A DNA stretch of 64,000 nt from Octopus sinensis (taxonomy: Eukaryota), in assembly GCF_006345805.1 (NCBI RefSeq), contig NW_021835970.1:35905-99904 (forward strand), read 5' to 3'. Each line of letters opens with the position of its first letter. Position 1 is the first letter of the stretch. The notes under the pieces are model-generated. The model was not told where the DNA came from and searched no databases. It worked only from the letters and a program-made list of their open reading frames with translations. The translations under genes and the position numbers were made by a program. This document shows, one piece after another, positions 60,885 through 64,000 of the stretch.

Positions 60885-62676
60885 GGAAATCGGCACTTAA
60901 TAAAAGTGATGGGGGCATCAGACCCATCGCTGTGGGAAACACATTCAGGAGGCTCTCTGCAAAAATTATCCTCAGTGTTGTCCTCCCTGATTTGAGCTCT
61001 CAGCTGCTGCCACATCAGTTCGGTGTCGGTGTTCGCGGTGCTTGTGAGGCTTCTGGCCATGGGGTGAGGGAGTTGGTCATCAATGGCAATCCAAAAATTC
61101 CATATCTTGTTAAGCTGGACGTGCGCAACGCTTTTAACAGTGTTCGCAGAGACCACATCCTGGAAGTTGTGCACACCCGCTGCCCGGCACTCTACCCAAT
61201 TGTCCATCTATCTTATGCGCGTTCCTCGAATCTCCTTTTTGGGAAAAATCTGCTGTCCTCAGCGTCTGGGGTTCAGCAAGGGGACCCATTGGGGCCTCTC
61301 CTATTTGCCCTTGCAGTGGACCATATTGCTCAAAGGCTTTCGTGCCCGCTATATTTCTGGTATCTCGACGATGTCACCTTAGGTGGCTCGCTCGAAAATA
61401 TTCATAACGACGTTGCTGATATTATTTCGGGTTTTAGCCAAATTGGCTTATCCCTTAATGGCTCCAAGTCGGAATTTACCCTGCTCTCCCTCGATCATTC
61501 TTTATTTCATCCTGCCTTTACGTCCCTGTCCGAGAAAGTTGTCGGTCTCTCTGCGACAGACCCGGATGATCTGGTCATCCTTGGTTCACCAATCTCTGGT
61601 CGAGGTATTTCCGCTGCCATTGAGTGTAAAAAACGCCAGCTGGCTCAAACACTGGAGCGTATCTCCCAACTGGGCGCACATGTCGGGCTATTCCTTATAA
61701 AGAATTCTATTCATCCTCCGCCTAACCTACTTATTCCGCTCGTCTCCATGCTTTCGGGAACCAGACCTCTTGTCCGACCTGGACTCCGTAATCTGGAAGT
61801 CAGTTGGGAAGCTTCTTAATGTTGACTTTGGCGGGGACCAACTTACCCGCGCAATGTTACCCCTCCGTTTTGGAGGCATCGGTATCCGCTCGTGCAAAGA
61901 CATTTCTATCCCATGCTACCTATCTTCGCTCTCGGAATCAAGAAATTTTGTCAGTTCTGTTCTTTTTCGCTCCTGAACGTTTTGAACTGACTGAATTTTC
62001 TTCTGCCCTCGCTGCCTGGACCGCCTCAGGTCTTTCCTTCCCTGTGGAGGATCACTTGCAGAGGAGTTGGGACTCCATCCGCTGCAAAGAAGTGGTAAAG
62101 TCCCTTAAAGGAAGCGCCGATCAAGTTAAACTCGCCTCGTTGAATGCAGCCTGTCACCCGCATTCTGGAGACTGGTTGAAAGCCATCCCTCTGTCCACCG
62201 CTGGCCTCTTCTTGGATGATGAATCGACTCGAATCGGGACCTGTCTTCGTCTGGGAATTTCCCTTTGCCACCCTCACCGGTGCAAGTGCGGCCACATGAT
62301 TGACCCCAATGGGCTCCACCCCCTTTCGTGCCGCTTAAGCACCGGGCGTCTCCCGAGACACGCTGGCCTGAACCACGTCGTTAAACAGGCCCTCAATGCC
62401 GCAGGCTTCCCTTCTGTACTGGAGCCTGTCGGCCTCGACCGTAGCGACGGCAAGCGTCCAGACGGAATGACGGTCTTTCCATTCTCGGAGGGGAAATATC
62501 TCGTTTGGGATGTTACCTGCGAGACACCTTTGCCCCCGGGACCGTTGCTCAGTCTGCGTCCTCTCCCGGCTTCGCTTCCCGTCGGGCTGAGGAGACGAAG
62601 CGGAAGAAATACGCCTCTCTCGCACCAAATTACCACTTTGTCCCGATTGCTGTGGAGACAAGTGGAGTGATAGGGA
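60885..62676 (+). mobile_element. CRE-like family 6, truncated at both ends
   Basis: GGIRPIAVGN, QQGDPLGP, YLDD, CKCG..HPLSC, KRPDG..WDVT, AVETSGVIG. Confidence 0.92.
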
Positions 62677-62830
62677 CGATTTTCCGTTTTAAGGCCATTA
62701 CTTTTTCTACATCTACACTCTTTAGGCTATCTATTGAAGTCACACCCACATCAATAAGCCATATTAGGTTCTCTTTTTTATCGTAGAGGAAAATGTTGAG
62801 TTTTTTATATTGTATTTTCAACTCTGTTGG
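62677..62830 (-). mobile_element. RLE-domain fragment of an R4/NeSL-like element
   Basis: IFLYDKK..IWLIDVGVTS.D.L..V..EK. Confidence 0.65.
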
Positions 62831-63048
62831 AATTGTTGTATCTACTCGTATTTCTTAATGTCTTCAATATACTCAAGATTTTCTATATTAAAGAATTCTT
62901 CTTGATTATATAACTCTTTTAATTTTTTTAAAGCGATAAAACCCTTGTTAATAGTAACTACTTTCTGACTTTGTTCACACGATTTTTCGTTAATTTCTTG
63001 TTCTATTTTTTCTAAATTATTTAATTCAAGTTCTTCACTTTCGTTATA

Positions 63049-64000
63049 CACCCTTCGACATTAAAATTCGAACACTTAATTTAAGCAAATTTTTAATCAT
63101 TTTCAATAAAATAATTTATCTGAGCTTCTTTATTTGTATTATTCTAACTATTTTAATATTTAAATATATATTGAAACATGTAATTTTAAAGAATAAAACA
63201 AAAAACGAGAATTTCATGACAAAGAAAACCGAACAAAATTTAATTAGTAGCTTGAATGCCTTCCTTTTCTGTTGTAAACTTCCAAATTTTTCATTGAGCT
63301 AACAAGTTTTCTGATGAATTCCATTGGGATATTTTCCCAAATTTCCGATATTTTTTGCTTCAGATCAATTTTTGTACTTGTTCTGCTTTCTGACGTATCA
63401 CTTGAAAGAACGTTTTTAATGTGAAGCCAAATATGGTCGATTGGGTTCATGTCAGGTGACTGAGGTGGCCAGTCGAGCAAATTAATATTTTGAGAGGACA
63501 TATATTCTTTAGTTGCCTTAGATGTGTGGCAAGGCGCATTATCTTGTTGGAATATATAGTCGCTCAATCCCATTTTATTCGCTGAATCTTCAAGATTATT
63601 TGCCAGAATATTAATATATTCCCCAGAGTTCATTTTTCCATCAATAAAAACTAATTTCCCTATTCCGAAATACGAAAAACAGCCCCAAACAAGAACTTTC
63701 CCTCCACCAAACTTAAAAGTAGGTATTATCTTCGAATATCTCAACTTATTTCCTTTTTTTCTGTATTGATACATTCGTCTTGAATGGGAAAAAAGTTCAA
63801 AACTACATTCGTCGGAGAAAATAACTTTCCTTTATCCGCTGTCGGAAATTGCAAGAAATTTTTTAGATATTCCATATCGGGAGCAATATTTTTTGAACTT
63901 ATAAATAATCGTTTCTTTACAACTCGTCCATACAAACCTTTTGATTTTAGAATTCTTGTTATTGTGTGTGCTGAGACTTTTTTGTGTAATTTTTTCCATT
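63049..64000 (-). mobile_element. Second Tc1-like transposon (runs off the window); transposase ORF 63244-63774 plus frameshifted 5' part
   Basis: FSDE, GGGKVLVWGC, FQQDNAPCH, WPPQSPDMNPIDHIW; TIR-like TA|CACCCTTCGACATTAAAATTCGAACAC at 63049. Confidence 0.92.

Noticed and set aside
62842-63051. Acidic ORF as a pogo/Tigger C-terminus
   Set aside because: Resemblance is too weak and there is no DDE or HTH support.

Overview
AT-rich eukaryotic DNA using the standard genetic code (all histones end in TAA), with candidate 17-29 nt spliceosomal introns, as seen in reduced or parasitic lineages. The host cannot be identified from the sequence alone. The window is a rearranged core-histone gene cluster. 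It holds 2x H2A, 2x identical full H3, 2x H4 and 1x H2B, all divergent and without 3' stem-loops. The reconstructed order is H3> <H2A | H4> X H2B>. There are also about 10 copies of a chimeric repeat 'R' (histone promoter + H3-tail-only ORF + an unrelated intron-containing gene). About half of the window is transposons: APE-RT LINEs (called A, B, C, D and an RTE-like element), at least 5 CRE-like RT-RLE families (two with an N-terminal PHD finger), R4/NeSL-like fragments, 2 Helitrons with internal ~95-bp satellites, 2 Ginger-like integrase elements with introns, 2 Tc1-like families with DD34D, and one Buster-type hAT. Main lead: LINE-B and LINE-A ends land repeatedly 9-60 nt upstream of histone start codons or inside a shared TTCGGAATG promoter element, in sense orientation, once with a perfect 13-bp TSD at H2B. 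This suggests histone-promoter-targeting retrotransposons. Many 1-nt homopolymer indels suggest long-read error, so frameshifts are not proof of pseudogenes. All coordinates were read by eye; expect a few nt of error at fuzzy boundaries.
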